NCBI GenBank assembly: GCA_965263035.1
Contig: OZ253580.1
Coordinates: 992,001-1,056,000, forward strand
Length of the DNA: 64,000 nucleotides
Reading direction: 5' to 3'
Source: Acidobacteriota bacterium
Lineage (GTDB): Bacteria; Acidobacteriota; UBA6911; RPQK01; JAJDTT01
Below, in pieces: positions 30,420-40,064 of this stretch (positions within the stretch are counted from its first letter, which is position 1; each line of letters opens with the position of its first letter). The translations under genes were made by a program, and so were the position numbers. The notes under the pieces were generated by a model. That model had not been told where the DNA came from. It was given only the letters and a program-made list of their open reading frames with translations, and made no database searches.

Positions 30420-32201
30420 GTGTCTATCGACGGTCTGACTGACAGGACTGAAGCGGGGAACGAGCTTCGTTCCCTCCGGCCGGTCGTCATGGGGACCGAG
30501 CACATGGTCGTAGCCGGGCACTATCTGGCAGCACAGGCCGGAATGCAGATCTTGGAGGAGGGAGGCAACGCGGTTGACGCGGGTGTGGCTGCAGGCATCG
30601 TTCTCGGTGTCGTGCAGAGTGACCTCGTAAGCGTCGCCGGCGTCGCCCCTATTATTCTGTTCCTGGCTGACCAGCGGGAGGTGGTGACCATCAGCGGTCT
30701 CGGCGTTTGGCCCCAGGCCGCCAGCGTGGACCTGTTTCGGAGGGAGTACGGGGGACGAATCCCGGAAGGGCTGTTGCGCACGGTCGTGCCAGCCGCCCCG
30801 GACGCCTGGATTACGGCGCTGGAGAGGTACGGGCGCATGAGTTTTGGGCAGGTGGCCCGGTCAGCCATCCGGTTCGCTTCCCATGGTTTCCCAATGCACT
30901 CGTTCATGAGCAACCGGATTAGCGAAGCGGCGGAGGACTACCGGCGTTGGGAGAGCAGCGCCCAGGTATTTCTCCCTGACGGCCGTCCCCCAAAACCTGG
31001 AGAAATATTTATCCAGAGCGATTTAGGATCCGTTCTCCAGTATATGGTTGAGGAGGAACGGAGCGCATCACGCCGTGGACGGCAGGCAGGATTGCAAGCG
31101 GCACGAAATGCCTTTTACAGGGGAGACATAGCGGCAAGAATCATCCAATACCACCACGAGAATGGTGGACTCCTCTCCGCTCAGGACCTTTCCGACTTTC
31201 GGGTGAGAATCGAGCCGCCCGAGCGAATCAGCTTCCAAGACACTGAGATCTATGCTTGTGGACCATGGTGTCAGGGTCCGACTCTGCTCCAGACCCTCGG
31301 GCTGCTGGAAGCCTATGACCTGAAGTCATTGGGGCACAATTCGGCGTCGTATGTGCACACTTTGACCGAGGCCCTCAAATTGGCATTCGCTGACCGTGAA
31401 CAATTTTACGGTGATCCCCGTCATGTCAAAGTGCCCATGGCCGGACTCCTTTCGAAGCGTAACGCCAACCAACGGAAGGGGCTCATCAACCCACACCAAG
31501 CGTGGGTAGAGATGCCCCCGCCCAGCCGACTGGGCCCGGCCGGTGAGCCGCCACACGGTTCGTCCCTGGGACTGGGGAACTCTTCCGGCGAAGCTGGAAA
31601 TCCAAAGCGGCCTGGCTGGGACACGAGCTACGTCTGCGTCGTTGATCGCGATGGAAACGCCTTTTCGGCCACTCCGAGCGACGTGTCCTACGACACACCG
31701 ATCATTCCGGGAACCGGCTTGGCGGTCTCTTCGCGCGGCTCGCAGTCGCGTGTGGACCCGAGTCACCCGGCTTGTCTCGCTCCCGGGAAAAGACCGCGCC
31801 TGACGCCCAACCCCGCCTTGGCATTGCGGAACGGCGACCTTTTCATGCCATTTGGTACGCCGGGCGGGGATGTGCAGCCACAGGCCATGCTTCAGGTCTT
31901 CCTCAATGTTCTCATTTTCGGCATGGATCCCCAGCAGGCGGTCGAAGCGCCCCGTTTTGCTTCCTACAGTTTTCCCAGCTCTTTCGCTCCACATTCCTGT
32001 TTTCCAGGGCAGTTGAAAATGGAATCGCGTGTACGTCGGGAGACGGGTGTAGAGTTGGAGCAGTTGGGTCACCGAGTCAGGTGGTGGCCGGACTGGAGCT
32101 GGCGGGCCGGCGGGGTTTGCACGATCATGGTCGATCAAGCCAGGGGCGTTCTACAGGGCGGAGCCGACCCGAGACGACCGGGATATGCCGTGGGCTGGTA
32201 G
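30420..32201 (+). CDS. Gamma-glutamyltransferase family Ntn hydrolase (YwrD/HpxW-like subgroup)
   Basis: GAGGAGG RBS; GGNAVDAG, LAFADRE, DTSYVCVVD, PGKRPRLTPNP, FGTPGGDVQPQ and GGADPRR. Confidence 0.92.
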   Translation: MSIDGLTDRTEAGNELRSLRPVVMGTEHMVVAGHYLAAQAGMQILEEGGNAVDAGVAAGIVLGVVQSDLVSVAGVAPIILFLADQREVVTISGLGVWPQAASVDLFRREYGGRIPEGLLRTVVPAAPDAWITALERYGRMSFGQVARSAIRFASHGFPMHSFMSNRISEAAEDYRRWESSAQVFLPDGRPPKPGEIFIQSDLGSVLQYMVEEERSASRRGRQAGLQAARNAFYRGDIAARIIQYHHENGGLLSAQDLSDFRVRIEPPERISFQDTEIYACGPWCQGPTLLQTLGLLEAYDLKSLGHNSASYVHTLTEALKLAFADREQFYGDPRHVKVPMAGLLSKRNANQRKGLINPHQAWVEMPPPSRLGPAGEPPHGSSLGLGNSSGEAGNPKRPGWDTSYVCVVDRDGNAFSATPSDVSYDTPIIPGTGLAVSSRGSQSRVDPSHPACLAPGKRPRLTPNPALALRNGDLFMPFGTPGGDVQPQAMLQVFLNVLIFGMDPQQAVEAPRFASYSFPSSFAPHSCFPGQLKMESRVRRETGVELEQLGHRVRWWPDWSWRAGGVCTIMVDQARGVLQGGADPRRPGYAVGW

Positions 32202-32442
32202 TGATTATACGTATGACATCGCCGCGGACCTTAAACCGGCCGCCGTATGGGATTCAGGAGGAGGGAACTCTGATCGTAAAATCGCTGACTCCTGAACTCT
32301 CCTATTGAAGGATTATATTCGAATAAATGAATTATAGTGGATTACAAGATGGGCGTGATTTCACAGGGTCACGTGCACTGCAACTCAACGACTCGACAGA
32401 CGTTGGAGGTTTCCTTCAGCGGATTTACAGGGTAACTCCAGG

Positions 32443-33450
32443 TTAGCATTCGTCCAGCCGGCTCAAGTCAATCGGATTGGACCAGGCATAGCCATCCTCC
32501 CCGTCCCATGACTCGACGCGCACATAGTGGCCGACTGTCTTACCCTTCTTCAAATAACCACGCTGGATGAATCTCTGGTTCATGGCCGAAACGCCCTCAG
32601 GACTGGCCAACCCAAACAATGGCGCCCGGGCCTGCGTTAGTTTTTCGCCCGGTGCTGCAATTCGGCGCACACCGAGGTAGGGAACAGACGCGAACCAGAT
32701 CCACCGTACGGGCGAAGTCTCCACACGGATCTCCCCGTCTACAACGGCAAGGTCCTTGATCCGCGGACCCGTCGTCGAATAGAACTGCCCGCGGCGCATG
32801 GCGTCAAGAATAGCCGGTGCAGTGCACGACTCGGCCCGGACCATCACCCAAGCTTCGTACTGGTCGCGAAATGGCTGCTTTCCGAGGGGCAGGAAAGTCA
32901 GCTCCGGCTTCCGGCCACTGTGTCGATCGTCACTGGCCACACCCCAGAGCAGGTGGCCGTTGGCAAGCAGTTCGTCCCATTGAGCGGTCGAGCGACCGCG
33001 GCGCCCGGTCCAGTAGTTGGGTGCGTTGAAGATCTCGATTCCGACCAGTCCGTTGAGCTGTGATATGGCGCTTGCATTGGCACCACTGAGGGACGGATGC
33101 GAGAGGAACGGAAGTCCCCCCTGCGCCAAAACATCATCAATAACCCGCTGCGGGGCGACCTTATGATTCTTGACCCGTTCTATACCAAGGGCCAGCACCT
33201 CCGCCGGGAAGGTTTCCTCCCAGTCCACGCGAATCTCGGCGCCGGGCATGACCAGAATCTCGGGTGAGCGGCTCTTGCTCACATCCGTCACCACGTTGTG
33301 GTCAGTGACGAACAGAAAATCGTAGCCATTGCGATCATAGCAAGCGGCCAATTCGGCAACGCTGAACTGACCATCGGAATTCGTTGTGTGGCTGTGAACA
33401 TTGCCCCTGTACCACTGGCCCGAACCGGCAAATGGGTTACCCGAAACCAT
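32443..33450 (-). CDS. PHP-fold CehA/McbA-like metallohydrolase (paralog of 13840-14838)
   Basis: Same motif set; long identical peptide blocks shared with the 13840 copy. Confidence 0.85.
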   Translation of the reverse strand: MVSGNPFAGSGQWYRGNVHSHTTNSDGQFSVAELAACYDRNGYDFLFVTDHNVVTDVSKSRSPEILVMPGAEIRVDWEETFPAEVLALGIERVKNHKVAPQRVIDDVLAQGGLPFLSHPSLSGANASAISQLNGLVGIEIFNAPNYWTGRRGRSTAQWDELLANGHLLWGVASDDRHSGRKPELTFLPLGKQPFRDQYEAWVMVRAESCTAPAILDAMRRGQFYSTTGPRIKDLAVVDGEIRVETSPVRWIWFASVPYLGVRRIAAPGEKLTQARAPLFGLASPEGVSAMNQRFIQRGYLKKGKTVGHYVRVESWDGEDGYAWSNPIDLSRLDEC

Positions 33451-33492
33451 AATGTACGTTCCTTGATTCCCTGGCGTGGTTTCCGTCCAAGA

Positions 33493-34917
33493 TCAAGCCC
33501 GACCTCCGATGGGCAAGAGTTCGACGCCTTCTCCCTCCTCGGGTTTCTTGATGCGAAACCGGACCGAGGTCACTTCGGCTCCGTGGGGACCGAATCTGTT
33601 TTTGAAGCCTTCCCGCTGGCCCACCATGAAGATAGAGCCGTCCTCCAGAACGCAGGCGCTCGGATAGTAGGACTTGGGATCACACGTGTAGCCACGTCCC
33701 GGCGCCGGTTTCACCCAGGTCCTCCCACTGTCGCGGCTGTAGATCACCTCCCCGTTGTTCGCCACCAGATGGGTATCGCTGCCGAGTTTGTGTCGGCCTC
33801 CAAATACGACGACGGCGACTCCGTCGGGTGTCACGACCACGTCCCCTTTTCTGTACAGCTTGGGCCCGCGATACTCGCTTCCAAAGTTGGGGTCTTCGAC
33901 AATGGGGTCGGTCAGGAGCAGACGTGGCGGGGACCAGGTCCGACCGTCGTCGTACGACTGATACCAAGCCGAGGTCGGCCTGCAAGGGAAACCCAGGCTG
34001 CCATCCGGCAAGTAGGCGGCCGTGCCCTCATCCGCATCGAAGTCATTGCTCCCAATCACCGACACGGTCGACCACGTGCGGCCCTTATCCTCAGAGCGCA
34101 TGAGTAACATGAGCCAGCGAGGGTCTTCGCTGGGCCAGCCTTTGCCCCCGGGAATGGGTGAGCCGGCGGCCAATATCATCAGCGCGCCGTCCTTAGCCTC
34201 AAACATACTGTGGGGAGCGTCCATGAACAAGGGCCCCACGAAGCGGGTCACCTCCTTCCACGTGTAACCGTTATCATCGCTTCGAAAGATAAGGGTTTTC
34301 GACTGCCTATTGGCCGCAATCCGGGCAAATTCAAGGGGTGTCGCGGGCATCCGCCTCCAGTATCCCCAATGGGCTTCCAGCCGCGCACCTGCAAATATCG
34401 TTCCGTCCCTCAGCTGCACCACGTGATTCATTACATAAGCGCCACGCACCACCGGAAAGGAACGGGGCCGGCTCCAGGTTTTCCCCTCGTCCCGGCTGCG
34501 GATCCACATCATTCTTCCGCCGTCGGGCGCATCCCAGTCCAAGAGCCAGGACTGGTCCGGCCGTTTCCAGCGCTCCATCGCCTCAGGAGGAATGTCCCAG
34601 GGGGTGGGCCAGGAAGCGTGCCAATAACCGGCTGAGAAGGTCACGAACAGGTCGCCGTTCTGCAGCCGGCACACCGTCGGCCACCCACAGTAACCGCCAA
34701 ACCCGCGGAAAGGTTCCGGCGGGTTGACGTCGGGCGAGACGATGATCCGTCGATACTTCTCGAAATCCATCGCGCGTTCATCGCCCGTAATCAGAGCGTC
34801 AACAGGTGGAATGGAAGCCGCGGGCGACTTCTTTGTACCTGCTCTGACGAGACTGGTTGTTGCCAAAGCGGTTGCTGCAGCGGACAGATATTCCCGGCGG
34901 GTCAATTGGACGGCCAT
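33493..34917 (-). CDS. Tat-exported BNR/Asp-box protein, copy B
   Basis: MAVQLTRREYL start at 34917; same length (474 aa) as copy A and colinear with it. Confidence 0.87.
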   Translation of the reverse strand: MAVQLTRREYLSAAATALATTSLVRAGTKKSPAASIPPVDALITGDERAMDFEKYRRIIVSPDVNPPEPFRGFGGYCGWPTVCRLQNGDLFVTFSAGYWHASWPTPWDIPPEAMERWKRPDQSWLLDWDAPDGGRMMWIRSRDEGKTWSRPRSFPVVRGAYVMNHVVQLRDGTIFAGARLEAHWGYWRRMPATPLEFARIAANRQSKTLIFRSDDNGYTWKEVTRFVGPLFMDAPHSMFEAKDGALMILAAGSPIPGGKGWPSEDPRWLMLLMRSEDKGRTWSTVSVIGSNDFDADEGTAAYLPDGSLGFPCRPTSAWYQSYDDGRTWSPPRLLLTDPIVEDPNFGSEYRGPKLYRKGDVVVTPDGVAVVVFGGRHKLGSDTHLVANNGEVIYSRDSGRTWVKPAPGRGYTCDPKSYYPSACVLEDGSIFMVGQREGFKNRFGPHGAEVTSVRFRIKKPEEGEGVELLPIGGRA

Positions 34918-34991
34918 CTCTTTGCCCCCTCGTTTTGCTGAATTGAAATATAAAGACCTCGGCATGAGAAAATCTCAGTGACTGCTATTTT

Positions 34992-35005
34992 TTTATAACA
35001 TATAA
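34992..35005 (-). promoter_or_regulatory. Conserved promoter/operator motif TTATATGTTATAAA
   Basis: Identical to 29976-29989. Confidence 0.55.
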
Positions 35006-35622
35006 AGTTTCGCCTGACGATTACGTGTGCCATCAACCGATCTGCTCGTGCCATCAGGACTTCCAGGATCTCCCACCGGTCTCCTCGTGGGTCCATCACC
35101 AGCGGCGTCTCGGACTCCACCCGACGGAGGGGCGGCCATCTCCAGCAGATTATCCCTTAACCACTCTCTCAGACCTTTCGATTCATCTGTCGACTCCACC
35201 GTTCCACGGCTTTTTTCACTCCAAACCCCTCTTCCAACGTTGGGATCATCTCACCAAGCCGGGCCGAGGCTCGATCCTGAACCCTGTAAATCACCTTCCA
35301 GACCAATCAAGCCCCAGTCTGAGGCACTCCCGCGGAAACACTTCCCGAATACTTCCAAATAACTCGCCTGCCGGTCAGGAGCCCACGCTTTTCGAAGCCG
35401 ACAGTTTCCTTATTCTTGGAGAATTCCGACCCTTTCTACTTCTCCGATCTCATTGCCCTACAGGTATTAACTTCTTGAGGCAATACTGCCTTAATATTTA
35501 GAAAAAATCGTGTCGTCCCAAAACCGTAGATTGATATCGCTAACGTAAAAGTGACCCACCCCAATCAGACCTTGGTTCTAGGCTGTTGGTGACAAACAAG
35601 CAGTCAGAACGGAGGTCGGAAG

Positions 35623-37152
35623 TTGATTGGGATGGGTCAGTACGAGCTTATCAGAACGGCGCACCGCGTATACGGCAAGAGTATCCGTCAGATCCAACGG
35701 GAGACGGGGCATCACCGGGTGACGATTCGCAAGGCGTTGAGGGGATTGGAGCCGAAGTACCGGCGAGTCAAGCCGGTCCCCCATCCGGTGATGGGTCCGG
35801 TGACGGAGACGGTCAAGCGGTGGTTGCAGGAAGATCGGGAGCGGCCGGTCAAGCAGCGGCACACAGCGCGGCGGATCTACACCCGGCTGGTGGAAGAAGA
35901 GGGCTTTCAGGGGAGTGAGACGACGGTGCGGCGCTCTCGTGCGGGAATGGAAAGCGGCCCAGGGCTGGGGGCGGAAGGAGGCGGTGGTGCCGTGGGATCC
36001 GGAGGCCGCCCGCGATGCCGAGGTGGATTGGGGGACGGCCTGGGGGCGGATGGCCGGACAGCGGCGGCGAATCAAGCTCTTCGCGATGCGTTCCCGGTAT
36101 TCGGGCAAGGCGTTCGTCCGAGCCTACCCGTGGGAGCGAGACCGAGATGTTCTTCGATGCCCACATGCAGGCCTTCGAGTACTTCGGAGGCGTCTTTCCG
36201 GAACTGCTCTACGACAACCTGAGCCTGTCGGTTCGGCGGATTCTGCGAGGCAAGCAGCGGACCGAGCAGGAGCGCTTCGTCTGCTTTCGAAGTTACTACA
36301 CGTACCGGGCCCGGTTCTGCACCCCGGGTCAAGGACGGGAGAAGGGGGGGGGAGGGGCTCATCGGCTTTGCCCGCCGGAACTTCTTGGTGCCGGTGCCTG
36401 AAGTGGCCGACTTCCAGGAGCTCAACGAGCAGTTGCTCGGACGCTGTCAGGAGCAGGGCAGCCGAAGGATCCGGGGTCGGGAGGATGCCCGCAGCATCGA
36501 GGAGCGCTTCGAGGCGGAGCGAGCGTCGCTGCTGCCGCTGCCGGAGTCTCCCTTCGAGAACACGAAGGTTCTGCGGGTCCGAGTGGACCGGTACCAGACG
36601 GTGAACGTGGACCGCAATCGCTACTCGGTGCCGGGGGCCTACGTGGGACGGTGGCTCCGGGCCCATGTGGGCTGCGAGAAGGTCGAAGTCTACGCCCAGG
36701 AACGGAAGCTGGTCGAGCACGAGCGGATCTTCGCCAACAGCAAGTGGCAGATCGACCCCCGGCACTACCTGGATCTGATCCAACAACGGGTGGGGGCCTT
36801 CGAGAGGGCCCGGCCGATCCTCCAGTGGCGGGCTCGCTGGCCCCAGAGTTACGAAGTGCTGCTGCAGACCCTGCGCCAGAAACGGGGCGAGAACGCCGGC
36901 ACCCGGGAGTTCGTCCGGATCTTGAAGCTGCACCGAGAGCATGAATCTCCGCTGGTGGAGCGAGCCGTCGCGACAGCGCTCGAGCACCACTGTCCCGGAT
37001 ACGAGTCGATCCGCCACCTGATCGGACTGGAATCGAGCCCGCTGCGGGTGCTGGCGCCGCTGCCCCAGGACCGGATACCCGGGGTGACGGACCAAGCGGT
37101 GAGTCGGACCCGGGTCGAGGCCTTCAACGCCTTGCTGGCGGAGGCGCCATGA
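35623..37152 (+). pseudogene. istA: IS21 transposase IstA (about 3 frameshifts, real or sequencing error)
   Basis: HTARRIYTRL, AEVDWG, YFGGVFPELLYDN and VDRNRYSVP fall in different frames; shifts near 35935, 36140 and 36350. Confidence 0.88.
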
Positions 37153-37511
37153 ACCGGGCCAGTGAGCGCGTCCTGTTGGAGGATTGTCTGAAGCAACTGC
37201 GCCTGCCGGCCATGCTCCGAGAGTATCCGGCCTGTGCCCGCCAAGCGCGAGAATCGGGTCAGAGATACGAGGGCTTCTTGTTGGACCTGCCCCACCGGGA
37301 GTTGGAACAACGTCTGGCCAACCGGCTCAAGCACCGGCTCAAGGAAGCCCGGTTTCCGATGCTGAAGACGTTGGAGAAGACCGATCTCACGCGGTGGCCC
37401 TCGCTGGACGGTAGGGAGATCCGGGAGTTGGCCGCAGGAGACTGGATCAAGCAGCACGAGAATCTCGTCTTGCTGGGCCGTCCCGATCCAGTGACATACT
37501 GCACCACCTTT

Positions 37512-39597
37512 CTACATCGTTGATGTCATGAGACTTAACTGTGACGCGTTGGCACCTCGCGGAACTCTTCTGCCGCTTCGAATGGCCTCGGCGGCTCGTT
37601 GGACTGCTTCAGATCGCAAGTCCGAGTACCGAATCTAACAGGGTGCCATGGCCACCACCTGCCGTGCTGGCAGGAGTTTGCGGCCAACCAGCTTGCGTAC
37701 GGAACTGGGGCTGATGCCCGGTTGCGAAGCCGCTTCTTCCATGTTGCAGAACTCGTGAAGGCGTTGCGAGAAGGCCGGGATGCGCCGATAGTTGCGCAAG
37801 CTGCGAACACGAGTCTCGTTCCAGCTGTGCCCTCGTCCCGTCTTCTTGCCCATTCGGTTCAGGATCCGGGCGATCTGATCGTCACTCACCTGCCGGGCCA
37901 ACTGGCGAACCAACTTCACCACGTCCTCCTCGGTGCAGTAGCGATGGCGACCGGTGGAGTTCTTTCGTACCTGCAGCCGCGTGTGTTTGCCCCCGCGCCA
38001 GCGGATGATCAACTCCACCTGCCGCCTACCCTGATCCCCGCTCGCAATGATCTCTTCAATCAACCTGCGTGCGATCCGCTTCTTGATCCGATTGTCGGTG
38101 ACGGCATCGGACCAGAGCGCTGGAAACTGCTCGGCTAGCCGTAGCAGTTCCACTCGATACGGTCCCAGCGAACTCGACTGTTCCTGCTCGATCTGCTCCA
38201 GCCGGGACTGCACTTGGCGAACTCTCTTCAGGGCTTCGTTCCACTTCCGCTCCAGCGTCGCAGCCACCAGCCGGTTCTCTGGGTCGACCGCATCGTACTG
38301 TCGCTCTCGTCCGTCTTGCCTGGTAGCGCAATTGCTCGAGTTCGCGCTCCAGGAGTTCTCGTTTCAACCGGTCTCGCTCGGAGGCTTCCTCTTCCACTCG
38401 CAGAGCCGCCTCGATCGCTCCTGGGGACACCACTCGCACGATCTCCCGCCCAACGGCCTGGTCGACCTTGCGTCCACCAAACGAGATGCAACCGGCGACT
38501 CCGTGGTTGATCTGCCCCCCTCGACAATGGTAGCGGGGGATCCGTCCCCCAACCCCAGCGTAGGCCACGTGCAGCCGACGACCGCAGTGCCCACACAACA
38601 GCAGGCCCGCCAGCAAACTCTTTCCCGAACGAACGGCTCCCTTCGCCATTTTGCCTCGCATCTGAGCGTTGTCGGCCAAGAGGCGTTGATTCCCTTCAAA
38701 GCGCTTCCAGTCGATGTAGCCTGGGTGATGTTCCTGGAGCCAGACCGTCCACTGTTCCGGGTGGGCCCGGGACCGAATCCGTTTGCGAGCTTGACCGTCC
38801 TTCAAGTAGGTCTCGGTCCAGGTGCGCCCCCAGGCGTAGGCTCCCGTGTACAGGGGGTTCTTCAACAACCTCAACACCGTGCTGTAGACGGGCAGCTTCC
38901 ACACGGTCTCCCAACCCCATGCGCTGTGCCGTTTCACGGGCAACTGGATCCTTTCTTGCCGATACCAGAGCAGGGTCTGACGGGCGCTGCCCGTCTCGGA
39001 GAATTTAGCAAACACTCCCTGAATACTTTCCTGCACCCGGCGGTCCGGATCCTTCTCCAGACGCCCGTTCGGGGTCAGGACGAAACCCACGGGCAAAGAG
39101 GTGTACAGCTCTCCCCGAGCCGCTTTGCTCAGCAGTCCCTGTTGGGCGCGCTGCCGGAGCAGGCTCAGCTCCGCCTCGCTCAGCGTTCCCTTCAACCCGA
39201 GAAGCAGTCGGTCGTTGCTGAGACGCGGATCGTAGACGTCCTCGCTGTCGACGATCAGGGTACGCGTCAGCGAGCACAGGTCCTGCAATCGGTACCCGTC
39301 GGCATTGTTGCGAGCCAGTCGAGAGGCGTCCAGGCTAAAGATGGCTCCACTTCGTCCCAGGCTGACCTCGGTGGTCAAGCGTTGAAAGCCCACCCGATCG
39401 ACCGTGGAGGCGCCCGAGCGCCCCTGATCCTCGTCGATGACCTCGGCTTGGCTCCATCCGAAGTCTTTGGCTTGGCCACCAGCTGGTACTGCACAGTCGG
39501 CGGCCTCCTGGTGGCAACGGACTTGCTGCAGGCTCGACTGGCGCACGTACACGTAGGCTTTGCGTCTCAGATGATCCTCAGTGATCTTCCCTCTCAT
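37512..39597 (-). pseudogene. Large serine recombinase (catalytic, recombinase, Zn-ribbon, coiled-coil and C-terminal HTH-like parts); frameshifts and one in-frame stop
   Basis: AYVYVRQS, DEDQGRSG, DASRLARN, NPLYTGAY, LLAGLLLCGHCG and DPENRLVAATLERKWN. Compensating shifts near 39470-39510, a shift near 38310 and TAG at 37635-37637; the frame continues to TAG 37514-37512. Confidence 0.88.
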
Positions 39598-39736
39598 CGG
39601 CGTCCTCCTTTCGCCCTCGCCAGGCCTGCTCGAGTAGCTGAGCCATCAGACGCAGCAGTTTCTTCCGGGTCGAAGGGGGGAGCTGGTGCCACTCGGGCTG
39701 GTTGGGGGTTGCAAACGCGAGCTCCTTTTGCTTCAT
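39578..39736 (-). CDS. 52-aa small protein directly upstream of the recombinase
   Basis: GGGAGG RBS; MKQKELAFATPNQPEWHQLPPSTRKKLLRLMAQLLEQAWRGRKEDADEREDH; overlaps the recombinase start. Below the ORF-track length cutoff. Confidence 0.6.
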   Translation of the reverse strand: MKQKELAFATPNQPEWHQLPPSTRKKLLRLMAQLLEQAWRGRKEDADEREDH

Positions 39737-40064
39737 GCCGTCCTCCCGGGGGAAGGTTGCCCCGGGCGGTCTGACAATCCGACTTCGACCCGAAGGTCTC
39801 GATCAGGTCCTGGAGTTCTTGCAAGGCGCAGACGCTGCAACGCGGCTGGTCGTCGACCCGACCCACTGCCGCAGCTTCGGGCTGGCAAATCCAGCGTGGG
39901 ATCTTCGCGTGAGTGCCGTCCGGGAGCCGGCAGGTGAACCACTCACCCCACTGTCCGTGACGAGGATGTGCGGCCAGTTCAAGGTCTCGTCCTGCTAAGG
40001 GGTGAATGGGGTAGTGGATTCTAACGGAGGTCCCAATGTGAGCATTGTGTCGTGGGTCCGTCCG
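39594..40064 (-). CDS. ATG-less ORF resembling (from memory) DUF5372/Y4bD-like proteins; start codon lies at the other element end (37497)
   Basis: HNAHIGTSVRIHYPIHPLAG..CRLPDGTHAKIPRW..SVCALQELQDLI; no Met within the element; stop overlaps the recombinase ATG (ATGA). Confidence 0.65.
   Translation of the reverse strand, partial: RTDPRHNAHIGTSVRIHYPIHPLAGRDLELAAHPRHGQWGEWFTCRLPDGTHAKIPRWICQPEAAAVGRVDDQPRCSVCALQELQDLIETFGSKSDCQTARGNLPPGGRHEAKGARVCNPQPARVAPAPPFDPEETAASDGSATRAGLARAKGGRR

Larger units (their letters stand above)
37486..40064 (-). mobile_element. Large-serine-recombinase mini-element (2579 bp)
   Basis: Interrupts istB; ends share CCG (37483-37485 and 40062-40064); imperfect inverted arms GCAtTgTGTC-gTGGgTC / GCAgTaTGTCacTGGaTC flank the reconstructed junction. 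Confidence 0.85.

Noticed and set aside
37478-40063. CCGTCC as a 6-bp target duplication or crossover core
   Set aside because: This register leaves both istB and the circle ORF out of frame unless a base is missing, whereas the CCG register restores both. Not fully excluded given the local indels.
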